A stretch of DNA of 64,000 nt from Chrysomallon squamiferum. Its lineage: Eukaryota > Animalia > Mollusca. This document shows, one piece after another, positions 16,787 to 28,979 of the stretch (position 1 is its first letter; every line of letters starts with the position of its first letter). The translations under genes and the position numbers were made by a program. The DNA is taken from contig CM022678.1 of assembly GCA_012295275.1 (NCBI GenBank), positions 14,260,001-14,324,000 on the forward strand, given 5' to 3'. The notes under the pieces were generated by a model that was given only the letters and a program-made list of their open reading frames with translations, made no database searches and was not told where the DNA came from.

Positions 16787-17158
16787 TTCTTGCTAGCACT
16801 CCGAATTATCAGTCTGAATAGACCGAGACGCAAGTGGAGAACTACATGCTGTCCATTTTTTCTAATTATTATTGTACTACTTCCATTTAGCTAGCTCTAC
16901 TAATACTATAAGTATTAAAAATGAATTTAATGAGTATTACTAACCCGGTAACCGGGAAAGACAGACGGACTTAAAATTGCATATCAAGTATCAGTTAAAA
17001 CATGCGAACACCTTAAAAAATTAAATTATTCGTATTATTTATTATTTTATAAATGTAATAAAATTATAACTAACGCCAATTTGTGTGTAATTTCTGAAAC
17101 AATTCTTCTGAAACGACGAACATTTCAGAATCAATATTTGTCTCAAGGAGGTTGCCAT
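11702..17158 (-). CDS. HMGCL: Hydroxymethylglutaryl-CoA lyase, mitochondrial precursor, 329 aa, 10 exons
   Basis: Exons (- strand) 17158-17075, 16234-16166, 15671-15564, 15355-15260, 14941-14883, 14157-14068, 13343-13280, 12709-12521, 12137-12012 and 11806-11702 (990 nt). Motifs: [83 protein letters not shown]. Exon 1 encodes an R/K/S-rich peptide with no acidic residues, resembling a transit peptide. Confidence 0.97.
16734..16787. repeat. (AAT)n microsatellite in HMGCL intron 1
   Basis: Direct reading. Confidence 0.95.
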
Positions 17159-17791
17159 GTTATCATCCCGCATAAAATTATAACGGAAATGCAAATAATA
17201 AATTATAACTATGGCAAGACAGTTTTAAAAAAGTTTAGTTAAAAATTATAAAGAATCAGTTATTTCTGTATATTTTAGTAAAAGACAATTTCTGTCGAAA
17301 AAGTTATTAATGATATTGTTGGATCAATCCCGCATTGCGAATACGTCGTACATTAAAAAAAAAAAATGAAAAGAAGCCTATAAGGATTGTGGCTTAAATA
17401 TTAATGCTTTTGTTAGGGTTGCCATTCAACAAAGATGACAACATTATTTTCGTTTTAATGTTATATGGTTAGATCTATCTGCATGGGTCGTGAGATGAAT
17501 AAGACCATAACTACAACCCTGAATTTTCCTACTCAAGTCGGTGTCTCGCTGATAGTTTATTAAAGATAATCACAGATGTTTTCTAGCTAGACAATAAAAA
17601 TATATAAAACAATTGAATGGAGCAGTTCATGAAACTGCTACACTGACATCACACTCGTTTATCAATAAACAAAAGCGCACGAGGAACCAAAATAATATAA
17701 TAACCATGGAGACCATGTTTCAAGTGAATAATAATAATAATAATAATAATAAGTATTCGTTTATATTTATTTACTATTTTATTTTATTTTA

Positions 17792-17854
<63 letters not shown>

Positions 17855-18207
17855 TTTTATTTTAATTTTAATTTTTTTATTTATTCATTATTATTATTAT
17901 TTTTTTTTTTTACGTATATAAATTTATTTGGGTGACCCGGACTGGAATAGTAGATTTCCCCCTCTTAAATTACAGAGTTTTTAAATTAATGAATGTTTTT
18001 AGAAATCCAAGTTTTGGAAAACATTAGATTTTATTTCACTAATCAGAAACTTAAGGATCATCTAAGTAGATTTAATCATATATAAAATTTCTCGAAGAAA
18101 ATGTGAACCTGCAGTTCTCCATTAAAATCTCGGTGGTATCCAAAAAAGAAAATAATTATTATTACTAAATGATAATGTTCATTTATTCTCCTCACTTTTT
18201 CTTTTTA

Positions 18208-18258
<51 letters not shown>

Positions 18259-18757
18259 TTTTTTTTTTTTTTTTTTTTAAATAATTTACTTTTTTTTTTT
18301 TTTTTTATTATTTTTTTTTTTTTCATAGCACACCTATACTTAGATGGTAATAACTGTTGTTATCATTTTTGTCTCTAAAAGGCATTATTATTAAAATATA
18401 TATATTACAGCAATACTAAATAAATGTAAAATGTTACGGACCACTTGCTACATGATTACGTATGTTGACAGAGCGGGAAGATTTAGTTAACTAGCAGTGA
18501 AAGTCAGTGATGAATATACCTTAAATATTCATTTATTTGATATTTTTATTTGATTATGAAATAATTGTATCATTTTTATAATTTGTTTTGAACACAGCTA
18601 TACCTTGTTCAATATTAAAATTCCATAAAATATTGTCACCGCGTATGTTTGTGCCCATACTCAGTACGTCATTGCAACGAGGTTGCAGAGCAGACGATAT
18701 TCCATTAAGAGTAGATTCCACTTTTCAATTATTTCTTGACGAGTGCGGGATTAGCGC
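17159..18757. promoter_or_regulatory. Head-to-head promoter region between HMGCL and MTHFSD
   Basis: Lies between the divergent start codons (17158 on -, 18758 on +). CpG dinucleotides are retained here while the flanking gene bodies are CpG-poor. The transcription start sites cannot be determined from sequence. Confidence 0.55.
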
Positions 18758-18779
18758 ATGGCTGCCTCCGTGAAAAAGG
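18758..18779 (+). CDS. MTHFSD: Candidate short alternative first coding exon of MTHFSD (MAASVKK+)
   Basis: ATGGCTGCCTCCGTGAAAAAGG|GTTAGT has a phase-1 donor compatible with the phase-1 acceptor at 20904, giving [19 protein letters not shown]. It sits in a CpG-rich patch. Confidence 0.55.
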
Positions 18780-19821
18780 GTTAGTACACATCTGCTTACG
18801 TGTTATATGTTCCACGTGTGAAATTTTACTGCAATATAATTTAACAGTTTGATTTTGTTTAAACGTAATAGGATCGGTTCAAAAAACGTATGAATGTTTC
18901 AAACCGAGTATGTTGTCTTCTTTATCCCAGTTCCATTTTACTGAAAAACCACGCCGGTTCGATAACACTTTTGAGTTGAACTGGTAGTGTTGCGTTGTCA
19001 TTCACTCACTGTGCTTGCTTTTCTGGGTGTGTTTTTTTTCGCAGACTTGTTCTCTTTTAAGTTGGCCTGGAAATATTATTCATACATTGTAAACTATTAT
19101 TGAATAAAGCAGTCAGTTAATTCATGTCGTCAATCATTGTCGTGAACAGTGATACATGTTAATAATAATATAACAATTTTATTGTTATTATTTTATATTT
19201 AATTTTTAATAGCATTATCTGCTATTAAAAAATAAATATAAAATAAAAGTTATCGAAAACAAAAGCGGGGCTAACCGCCAATTATTAAAAGAAAAACGGA
19301 GAAAAGTGGATGGTCATACATAAAATGATAAATACAAATTTAAAGTTATTCAGCTTACTGTAATATTATTTTATTCAAGTTATTTTGCTTGGTTTGAAAT
19401 AGATTATATTTGTGATTTATTGATTTATAATGGTATAAGTGAACAATTAAAAAAATAAGTTCATAAATGTAAAGAGCATTAGTTGAGGTTTTTCATAACT
19501 TTATCATAACAGTGGACTTTATTACGACTCAGAAAACAGGTTAAATATTTGACCTGTATTTATGATATATTTTATTTAAGTACCTTTATTTATTTATTAT
19601 ATAAAAATGTCAGCATTTAATATAATAAAATACTGGAACGTGCATGTATATTAAAGGGATTTTTTAATTATCCAAATTTGCTTCATGGATATTAAAAATG
19701 TAATGTATTGAGAAAGAGTGTATTGATCACTGGAGATAAAATAATTACTTTTGCAGATCTAAAATATCAGATTACTATGCTTTGGTATGTTGGTCACTTA
19801 GGAGGTTTATTTCATGATGTA

Positions 19822-19857
<36 letters not shown>

Positions 19858-20326
19858 ATCTTGGATCAAACTCACCATTGTTATTAAATGCTTGAATTCT
19901 ACATAAATATTATTAATAATACCTCAAGAAAAAAAGTTACAAGACCAGGACAAGTAATGTAAGGATGCAGTAGTAAAATACTTGCATGTGTATAGTTTCT
20001 AGTTAAGAATATGTGTGCAAGTGAGAAATAAAAGTAATTTTGCTTTTACAAAAAAAAAAAAAAAAAAAAAGTATGTTTACTGATTATCAATGGAAGTGGA
20101 AATTTAAAAAAATGACCAAAAAGAATAAATAATGCCCTTTCACTTGAATCATTCATTTCTTTGTTTCTTGATGACATACATTTCCATATATATTATAATT
20201 CTGGTTTTGTAAGGATTTATATGCCATGTGATTTTTTTTGACACAGATTTCTGGGTGATGCCAGAAAGTATGATTTTAAAAATTTAATTTCAGATTAAGT
20301 TTTAAGCGATTGTTTTAACATTCACT

Positions 20327-23300
20327 ATGGCTGACACAAATGCCAAGGTCGCCAACAACTTTGAAGATCAGGAAGAAAATTATCATGATGATGAGCTTGC
20401 TGGTGGAGATACTGAGGAGGGCAAGAATGTTCAGGTTGGTCGTAAAGATGGCCGACGTGGTGGTAGAAGATTCAATAATAGACGTCGTCGACGTCGAGCT
20501 AGCAATGATGAACCTACTGGTCCTGTAGATCCTATTGTGTTGGGAGTTGGTAAGCAGATTGTAAAGCTATGTACAACTTTATATCATAGAAGTTTACATC
20601 TGTAGAAAATATTTTAAATGAAAGCATTAGAAATTGTTATCTAAACAATGAATTGAAATTAAGAGTCGCCATCAAATCATTGTTAATCTGCTGTAAAATA
20701 TTGTTTAAAGAAAGAACAAAACAAAAAACAAATATAATATAATATTTTTAATGTGTTCTGAGAGTTATACATCTGCAAATTATTTGAAGCATGTTGAAAA
20801 GCTGTAGATTTATAATCCCAGAATTAATACAGCAGAAGTATGCTAAATTTGAAATAGTTTCATGATAGAATAGTAGATTAATATATAAATTTGAACAATT
20901 CAGAAGTGACCAAGTGGAGTATTAGGAAGAAAGTTTGGGATTCAATGGAAGATAATAACTTGGTGAATTTCCCTAGACCATGTCATCATAGAATTCCCAA
21001 CTTCAAAGTAAGTATATCAATAGATCTAGTGAAATTACAAGGTTAATCATTTTTGGCACAAGTCATTTTATTGATCATATTTCTGATAATCAAATATCCT
21101 TTCAGTAGTAAGCTAGAGTATAAATCTACCTTCTGTTTTTTTTTAAAATAAATAACAGGAGTAGAGTTCTGAACCTGTGATAAAACTGTATTATAATTGT
21201 GTAAATTTTATGTAATATCACATCAAAAAGACTACTTACAGTTTTAACTGGAAGTCAAATAAAATGTTTTTGTGTCTGATGTGAAGCAGTTTTACAACAA
21301 TATGTACTTATTTTTTCAGGGAGCTGCAGTAGCTGCTGACAAGATACCAGCTCTGGATGAATTTAAATCTGCTAATGTAGTGAAAGTAAACCCAGACAAG
21401 CCTCAGGAACAAGCTAGATTTTTAACTCTTGAGGTAGATTGTTTAAAATTTTCATTGCACTGAAATGTAAATTATTAATTGCAAATTAAGTGAAAAAAAA
21501 TATATATTTGTGAATATATATAATTTTTTTTCTTCTATTTGTCAGTTTAAGAAATAAATATTAATGTTAAAACATTGCATGGATGTGAATGAATAATGTT
21601 TTCATTGCTTCCAGTTCCTTACAAATATTCCTAAAAAATTCTCACTGGATACATGTTTTTGGTACTGCTGTCTAATTACAGCTGAAAAGAATTGGGTCTC
21701 ACATACAGGGAGAGAAAATATAACACTTTTGTAAGATTATGTCTGTATGATGGTGATATTTGATCTATTTTTGAGGATGGATATAATCTGCTTAAAATGT
21801 ATATCATAAATTGCTGAAGTCGGTTTTTTAATACCTTACCAAATCTTTTTATTATTTTTGTTAACCATAAATTATTTACAGTAAAATAACTGGTTTTAAA
21901 AAATGATTTCAGGCACACAAGACTTTGTTGGTTCCTACTCCACGTTTGAAGACAGGACTGTTCAACAAGATCACTCCACCTGAAGATCCTAACAAAGAAA
22001 TTCTTCGCATCTGTTCTACTTCACAGGTAATTTTAATTAATTTGTTTTTTAATATTTTCATACACATTAAGTTTGTTAAAAAAACCCATCCTACAATCTT
22101 ATAATTAAAAACTGTGTGTGTGTGTGTATGTTAATGGTTTATTAAAAAAAACCAAGTTAGATTATAAGAAAATATATATAAGCTTTAATAGGAAATTCTG
22201 TCTTCACTCTGATTCTGTCAAAAAATGTACATATTTTATTTAGCATATATATATATATATATATAATATTTCAGAAATTACCCTATCATTTTATGTATTA
22301 ATTGTTATAATTGATTAAATAGCTATGTATATGCAGGCCAGATAACATTTATTTTTCCTCAGGGCGTGAGAGAATACAGTACACCTATAGGATTGAAAGA
22401 TAAAGTGAAGATAGATTTAGTAATAACTGGTTCTGTGGCTGTATCCAGGAAAGGTATATAAGTATTTCCATCTTTTACTGCATATAAATAATACTTTACA
22501 TTGTAAATATGAAAAAAAGACAACTAAATACATTTAATAACATGTAGGCTGTTTCAACATTACATAATTAGTTAAATAAAATATTCATTTTATACTATAT
22601 AATTTATACACAATCTAAAAAGCTCAGCTGTCACTTAACGTAAGTATAAAAACAGAAATGAGTCATATTGCTCAGTGGTTATTCTAATTCTCTCACAAAA
22701 CTTTGGTTCGTAAGGTTACCGTCTAGGAAAGGGTGAAGGTTTTGCTGATCTGGAATGGGCAATGATGTTTACAATGGGTGCAGTGGATGAAGATACAATT
22801 GTGGTGTCGACGGTTCATGACCACCAGATTATTGATATCCCTGATCAGCTGATTGAGGAACATGACCTGACTGTAGACTACATTATCACCCCCAATGAAG
22901 TTATCAAGACTAACTGTACTAGATCAAAGGCCAAAGGAATAATCTGGTCTAAACTGGATAAAGAGAGACTGAAGAGAATTCCTGTCCTCAAAAAACTTAG
23001 AAAAATGCAGAGAGCTGAAGGCATTGATGTTCGCCTGAGGGTAATTTTTTTTAACAAATGTTTTATTTCTTTAACTGTCAGTTGTATACTTAAAATTTTA
23101 ACAACTGTTAAGATATTTTGTTTCATGTGTTGTACTTCTTAAAAGGTTAAAATTTTGTTACCAAAAGTCCACTTTTAATTTCACTTGTGATAAATAGTGT
23201 AATTGATTAATCTGAGGAAAAGATTAAATTAAGTTTATTAATTTAAAGGGCCAGGAAGAGGACAATGAGGAGGATGATAAGACTGATGAAGAGGAAGAGG

Positions 23301-24047
23301 TCACAATGAATGGTGATGATCAGCGACAGCGACGCAGGCGACCTCGCTATCAGAATTTCAATCGCCGTATTAGACGACCTCGACGTAGATCACAACAGGG
23401 TGATGAAGAAGGTTGGTTTTTAGTTCTTAAGTTTTAGTATTGGCATAGGGCACTAAATGTGTTGAAAATATGTTAAAATTTGGTTTATTTTTCTTAGTTA
23501 TATTAAAATATGAAATCTGTATTTTATCTTCTAATTATGTCATATATTAATACTTGAAATTGGAAATTTCAAAAATTTATCTTGTAAATTTCAATAATCA
23601 AACTTGAATTCAGGGGAAGGTACCTCTGATTCTACAGGTGACCACAATGAAGATGGTGACATGGCAGAAAACGAAGAAGGCAGAAATAGAAAAAGACGAG
23701 AGAGACGACCACGTCCTAGTCGCAGGCCACGTGGGGGCCGATCACATGATCCATCTATCTATGTTGGAGGTCTTCCTAGGTCACTACGTGTTAGTGAATT
23801 TAAAGAAAAAATTCATGACCGCAGTGTCCAGCCTTTGAGAGTTGTTTGGCATGGAGGCAGCGGCCATGCTTTTTTGCAGTTCCAGAATGCTGATGGAGCT
23901 GAAAATGCAATAGAAGCCTTAAAGGATTTGGATATCAATGGTCGCCAGTTGAAAGTGGAATTAGCACGAAGCAATAGGGGAGATAAATCTGGCCAAGAAG
24001 AGGAAGAGGGAGGCGGAGCCCATGAAGCAGTCAGTGACGGCAATTAG
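20327..24047 (+). CDS. MTHFSD: Methenyltetrahydrofolate synthetase domain-containing protein (5-FCL-like domain plus C-terminal RRM; Drosophila Lost-like), 522 aa, 8 coding exons
   Basis: Exons 20327-20549, 20904-21007, 21320-21433, 21913-22026, 22363-22453, 22715-23040, 23249-23411 and 23614-24047 (1569 nt). Motifs: [86 protein letters not shown]. The RRM has IYVGGLP (RNP2) and GHAFLQF (RNP1). Confidence 0.96.
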
Positions 24048-27000
24048 GAAAAAAATTGGGGTTGTTCTTAAATTGTGTAACTGTTAATGTTAAAAGATTT
24101 AAGTTTTTCTGTCGTTTATAGTTGAGCAGTCTTCCAGAAAGTCAATTGGAAGTTGTTCTTAATTTGTTTGACAATGTTGAGCTTTTTATGTTTTCATTGT
24201 CTAGTAATTGGCTAGTACAATTATAGTGGACATTTTTGATCAGTTCATCTTTATTATTACTTTTCTCTTTCTTCAAGCAAAACAAAAATAATTATTTTAT
24301 ATTAAATGTTAACATGATAAATATTTTTAAAATTGTTATTACACTAAATAAATTTTAGTTTTTAAAATCTTTTTTCTCAAATTCATGATTATTCTGAATT
24401 TAACTGATTACTTGGACTTGATATATTAAGACCAGTTTGTTTTTTGTTGAGTTCCATTTCACATAAATGTCTTGATAAATATTTGTTGTACAGAACATGC
24501 ATGTAGTTATATGTAATTTGATTGTTTTTGCACAATTTTTCATTCTAGTTAAAAATGTTTTTCAAAGTTTTGTCTCTTAAGCATTATCATATTCTTTAAG
24601 TTAAAATCCTGATTCTGGTTCCTATCCGTCCAATTACCCACCAACAGAAATCTTCTTTTCCAACTAAATTATAACTGAAATTTTTCAATAGAAAGTTCAT
24701 CATTTTGCTTTTAATACATTTAATATAAACATTTTAATACCATTGATATTTGTTTCAGCCAAAAAAATAACAAAAAGCAAATCATTACAAACCACTTTTC
24801 ATTATTTTTGAAAATTATATGGATATATTGATATTGCGAGTTGGTTTTGTTGTATGCTGCATTGCAAACAGGATAGTTATAACCAAGATAGTCAAGAATA
24901 TTTTAAATTTTATTATATAAATAAATAAAATATTAATAATAATGTTACATATATCTTGTGTTACTGTTAATATCCATCTAGAACAAGGAATGTTAATTAG
25001 GAATATAAATAGTTAATTAATTTGAAACAAAGATTAAGGCACCACTATAATTGTCAAGCCAGTGTGAAGATGTTTTATAGTTTTTGTTATGTTTTGTTAG
25101 TAGCAATAACCTGGCAGGTATTTTACTGCCAATTTCTTGATTTGTTTGACAGTTACACAATGGAAGTTGCTTCCTCTTATGCAGAAAACATGTTGAGGAA
25201 ATTTGAAGTCTTGTGTTCCATAAGCTATTGAGTAGAAACTAAAATGTATGCATTAAAGCATGGTGTTTGGAAATAATTTGCAGCATATCATAAATCATCA
25301 TAATAAGTCATGTCTCATTCTGAATGCATTTAATAATTACAACATTGTTGATGGGGTGCAACCAAATGTTACTTTATGAGTTATTTGTTTAATGGGTCAA
25401 TTTTGTAAACTATTTTTTTATTTTTATTTTCAATTTATTTTTTGTTAAATTTTCAGATAAATGTTATATTTTTTGCTCATTAAAGCAGTCAACTTATTTT
25501 TGTATTAATGGAATGTCAACGAATTAAAGTTACCCCTATGAGATATTAATAACTACATATATTACTTGTACATAGTGACCTAGAAATACTTATGGACTCA
25601 GGAAATTAATTTACTTATAATAATATTTTTTGTCTCTGTAGATTATTGCAATGTAAACAAGTGTTACAGTACCAAGTTGCTGTTAACACTGATCTTCAGT
25701 ATCACTGGTTACAGGTTTTTATAGTGGGCTGAACTAAATGGCATTTAACTCAAATTAACTACAGATAATATTATTCATTAAAAACATTAAATTTCAAACA
25801 ACAATTCAATACTGATTGTTGTGTTTGCAGCAGCTTGATACAGAAACATTTAACAGTTACAGTAGATCTACATTATTTGTGAGTATTTCGCACAGTTTTA
25901 TCTGTTGATTATATATATCTTGTTTTCATTACTTATTTTTTTGTTATTATTATTTTCACTTTTTTTTAATTGTTTTTGCTTAGCCAAAGTATTAAATATC
26001 AGATGTTTTGGTAGCTTTTTCAATATTTTGTTTTTGTTTTAACAGAAAACTCAAGTTCAGCCTACAATTGTAACCTGTTTGGTTGTTTGACTCTTTCTTC
26101 TTTTTATTTGTATTTTTTAATAATTATTTGAAGAAATGTTTTATTTTGGCAGCTAAACACTAAAATAGTTTATTTATAAATAACTAAAAAAAACACTAAT
26201 TAAATTTCTGTCAGAAAATTCCTAAGAAATGATATATCAGTTTGTCAAATTAATATATGAATAAAGCAAAAATAATTCTGACCTGTTCCAGCCATCATTG
26301 TAAATTAATAAAATTACTGCAGGGTCAGACCAGATTAAATTGCAGTTCTTATCTCTTTATTTTATTTTCATACAGAGTGCAAGACACACAGATGGTGCTG
26401 CTCTTCACAAAGTTATTATCAGTTATGTTGTAATTGTATTTTGATGTATTTGCATCTCTTTAATATATGATTAAAATACGTAATAAAAATTATAATATTT
26501 TACTGACTTTTTTTTTGTACAGTTTCAGTTTTATTGTCATTACTTTTAGTTATTACATTTTTGGAAAATACATGGTTCAAAAATATAAAATGCAATAAAT
26601 GAAACATACAAAATAGGTTTATTTCTGTGTTACAAATATTAAAGTGCTTTGCATACAATATTTTGCATACATAAACGTAAATACAAAATGGAGGTGGAAT
26701 GTCTTCTGTACATTTACATTAGTACATTTGGCAAAGATCCTTTATTACATATTTGAAAAAAAAGTTTTTAAAATATTTTTTCTCATTTTGAAATACTCAT
26801 TTACAAAAAGGTAATTTATTAAATGACTTGTATATTTAATCTTTAACAAAACTGTTTTTATTTGTTACGTAAATATGCATTGCATAAACTGGTAATAAAG
26901 CCTAAAAGTAATTTTGAATTCTAATTCTAAAACATTCTTGGCATGGACACTTTCAGTTCCAAGATCTAGTTTATTAAGCATAAAAATGACAAAAATCTTA

Positions 27001-28979
27001 TTTTATATATATTTTATTTTAGTTACTGCATTTTTATATAAAAATATATATATATATAGAGGCTATTTTTATCTGATTGACTCTATTTTGGCATGAAAGA
27101 TTATTTAAGACTGAACTATGGAAAAGAAAACTTGATTAAATGAGACAGGGTAATGCTCAATTTTTTATTTTTGTTTATAATTAATTTAGATACAATTCAG
27201 ATTTTAACAAATCCATTTCTTGTTAGATAACATGTTTAAGTATATACATGTATCACCATGCAAAAGGGTTAACGGACCATATGAAAATCTGAACGCCCTT
27301 TGTTTTTGACTGAATTATACTTGTCCATTAAGATCAATTATAATTTTTATCATTTTTAAAATAGTAATGAAAAATTATTAAGAAAAAAACAAATTTATGT
27401 TTATGAATACATTTATATACAGACTTGTAGAGTTCAGTCCGATTATATCAAAAATATTTTAATAATCTTACTGCATATTTACAAACTGTCATGTGTATGT
27501 TAACAACACGAAGAAAAAGAACTTGCATCATCAATTTATAAAAGAAGAAAATATACTGATGAATAATTTATATAATAGAAGTTTTAAATCTTAATTATGA
27601 TGAACTTAAAATAGCATTTATTAAAAAAAATGTTATGTTTATAACAGACACATAGAAAACATCTTAATAAGATCCTCAAAAAAAAAATATATATATATAT
27701 GTATATATTTAATAAAACTGTCAAACAACTTTGAAATAATCCCAAGAAATTAATGAAAAAATGTTTAACAATGAATGCCTTTTCACAAAAAAACAAAGAA
27801 AAATTACTGCAAAATAAACCAACCTCTACATAAAAAATAATATTCAAGAAGGATACTGATCCTTCCCATGGGCTTATATCAAGTTAAAATTTTTTTTTAT
27901 GAACTAGACTGCATGAATTCTCTGTATCAAAGACGGATGTTTTGCAAAGAACCAGTATTTTGGAGTGGTTCAAATTAAATAAATTAACAAAGTGCTTTAA
28001 AATTTTACTTTGTAGGTTTATCAATTCATGTGTAAATGTGTGCCTATAAACGTGCATCCATTTTAAAAGTTTTTTGTCCAGACATCTTGGATAAAACATT
28101 TTTTATAATAACCCTTCACTGTAATAACAATCTCTAATTAACCAGTTCTGCATATTCTTTATATTTATATTTTAATATTTCCCAGTAACAATAAGACATA
28201 TTAATCATCAAATGTCTGTGTTATTTCTCTGGCAATGCAACAACAATAAAATCTACATATTTTGCCATCAAGTAAAAATATTAACACAAAAATATTTTAC
28301 ACAATAATATTTGTTATAAAACTATATCAACAATTTTGACATACATTGCACTTGGAAACTGTGACCATGACTTTACACATCTACATACAACTAACTATAC
28401 AGTGGAATGTACTCCGGTGAATGAAAACAAGTAAAATGTAACTACTAAATAAATTATTTGGCATTCTAGCTATCCAGACTTTGTCAGTGAATTCATTAAG
28501 TGTATGTTTGTTTACTGTATTTTTGTATTTTTTTGTTTGTTTGTTCTTAAAAGAGTGTGTGTGGGATGTGTACAAATACATACACTGTGTTAATATATAT
28601 GCTGAATGTTTCTTATTTTACAATATGTACAGATAAAAAGAACTTGACAGATGAAAAGAAATCATTTGTAAATTGTCTGCAATTAACTAGCACAAAAACA
28701 GTTTTCACATTTTACACATTTCTGTGAGGCAGTGTTGTTAGTCAAACAAAATTCTTGCACAGAAAACAAAAATAACTGTCTTTTTAAAATGTTTGGATGC
28801 ATCCAACAATTATTTCATTTTTTCATTATTTTTCTTTTTATATTATAATATCCTTGTATATTATAATTGTCATTTAAATGAGTTTTCTAGATGAATTTTG
28901 ATTGAATGTTCACTCCTGTTTGTTTCTGAAAAATGATTGCATGCACATTGGTTTTCTGCAGACAAAACTATTAGTTTAC

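Noticed and set aside
17414-17522. AGGGTTG...CAACCCT short inverted repeat as a MITE
   Set aside because: Only about 7 bp match and there is no TSD, which is compatible with chance.
18870-18995. Two weak hairpins and a GGTTCGA motif suggesting a tRNA or H/ACA snoRNA
   Set aside because: There is no cloverleaf or A-box spacing and no convincing H or ACA boxes. The stems rely on several G-U pairs.
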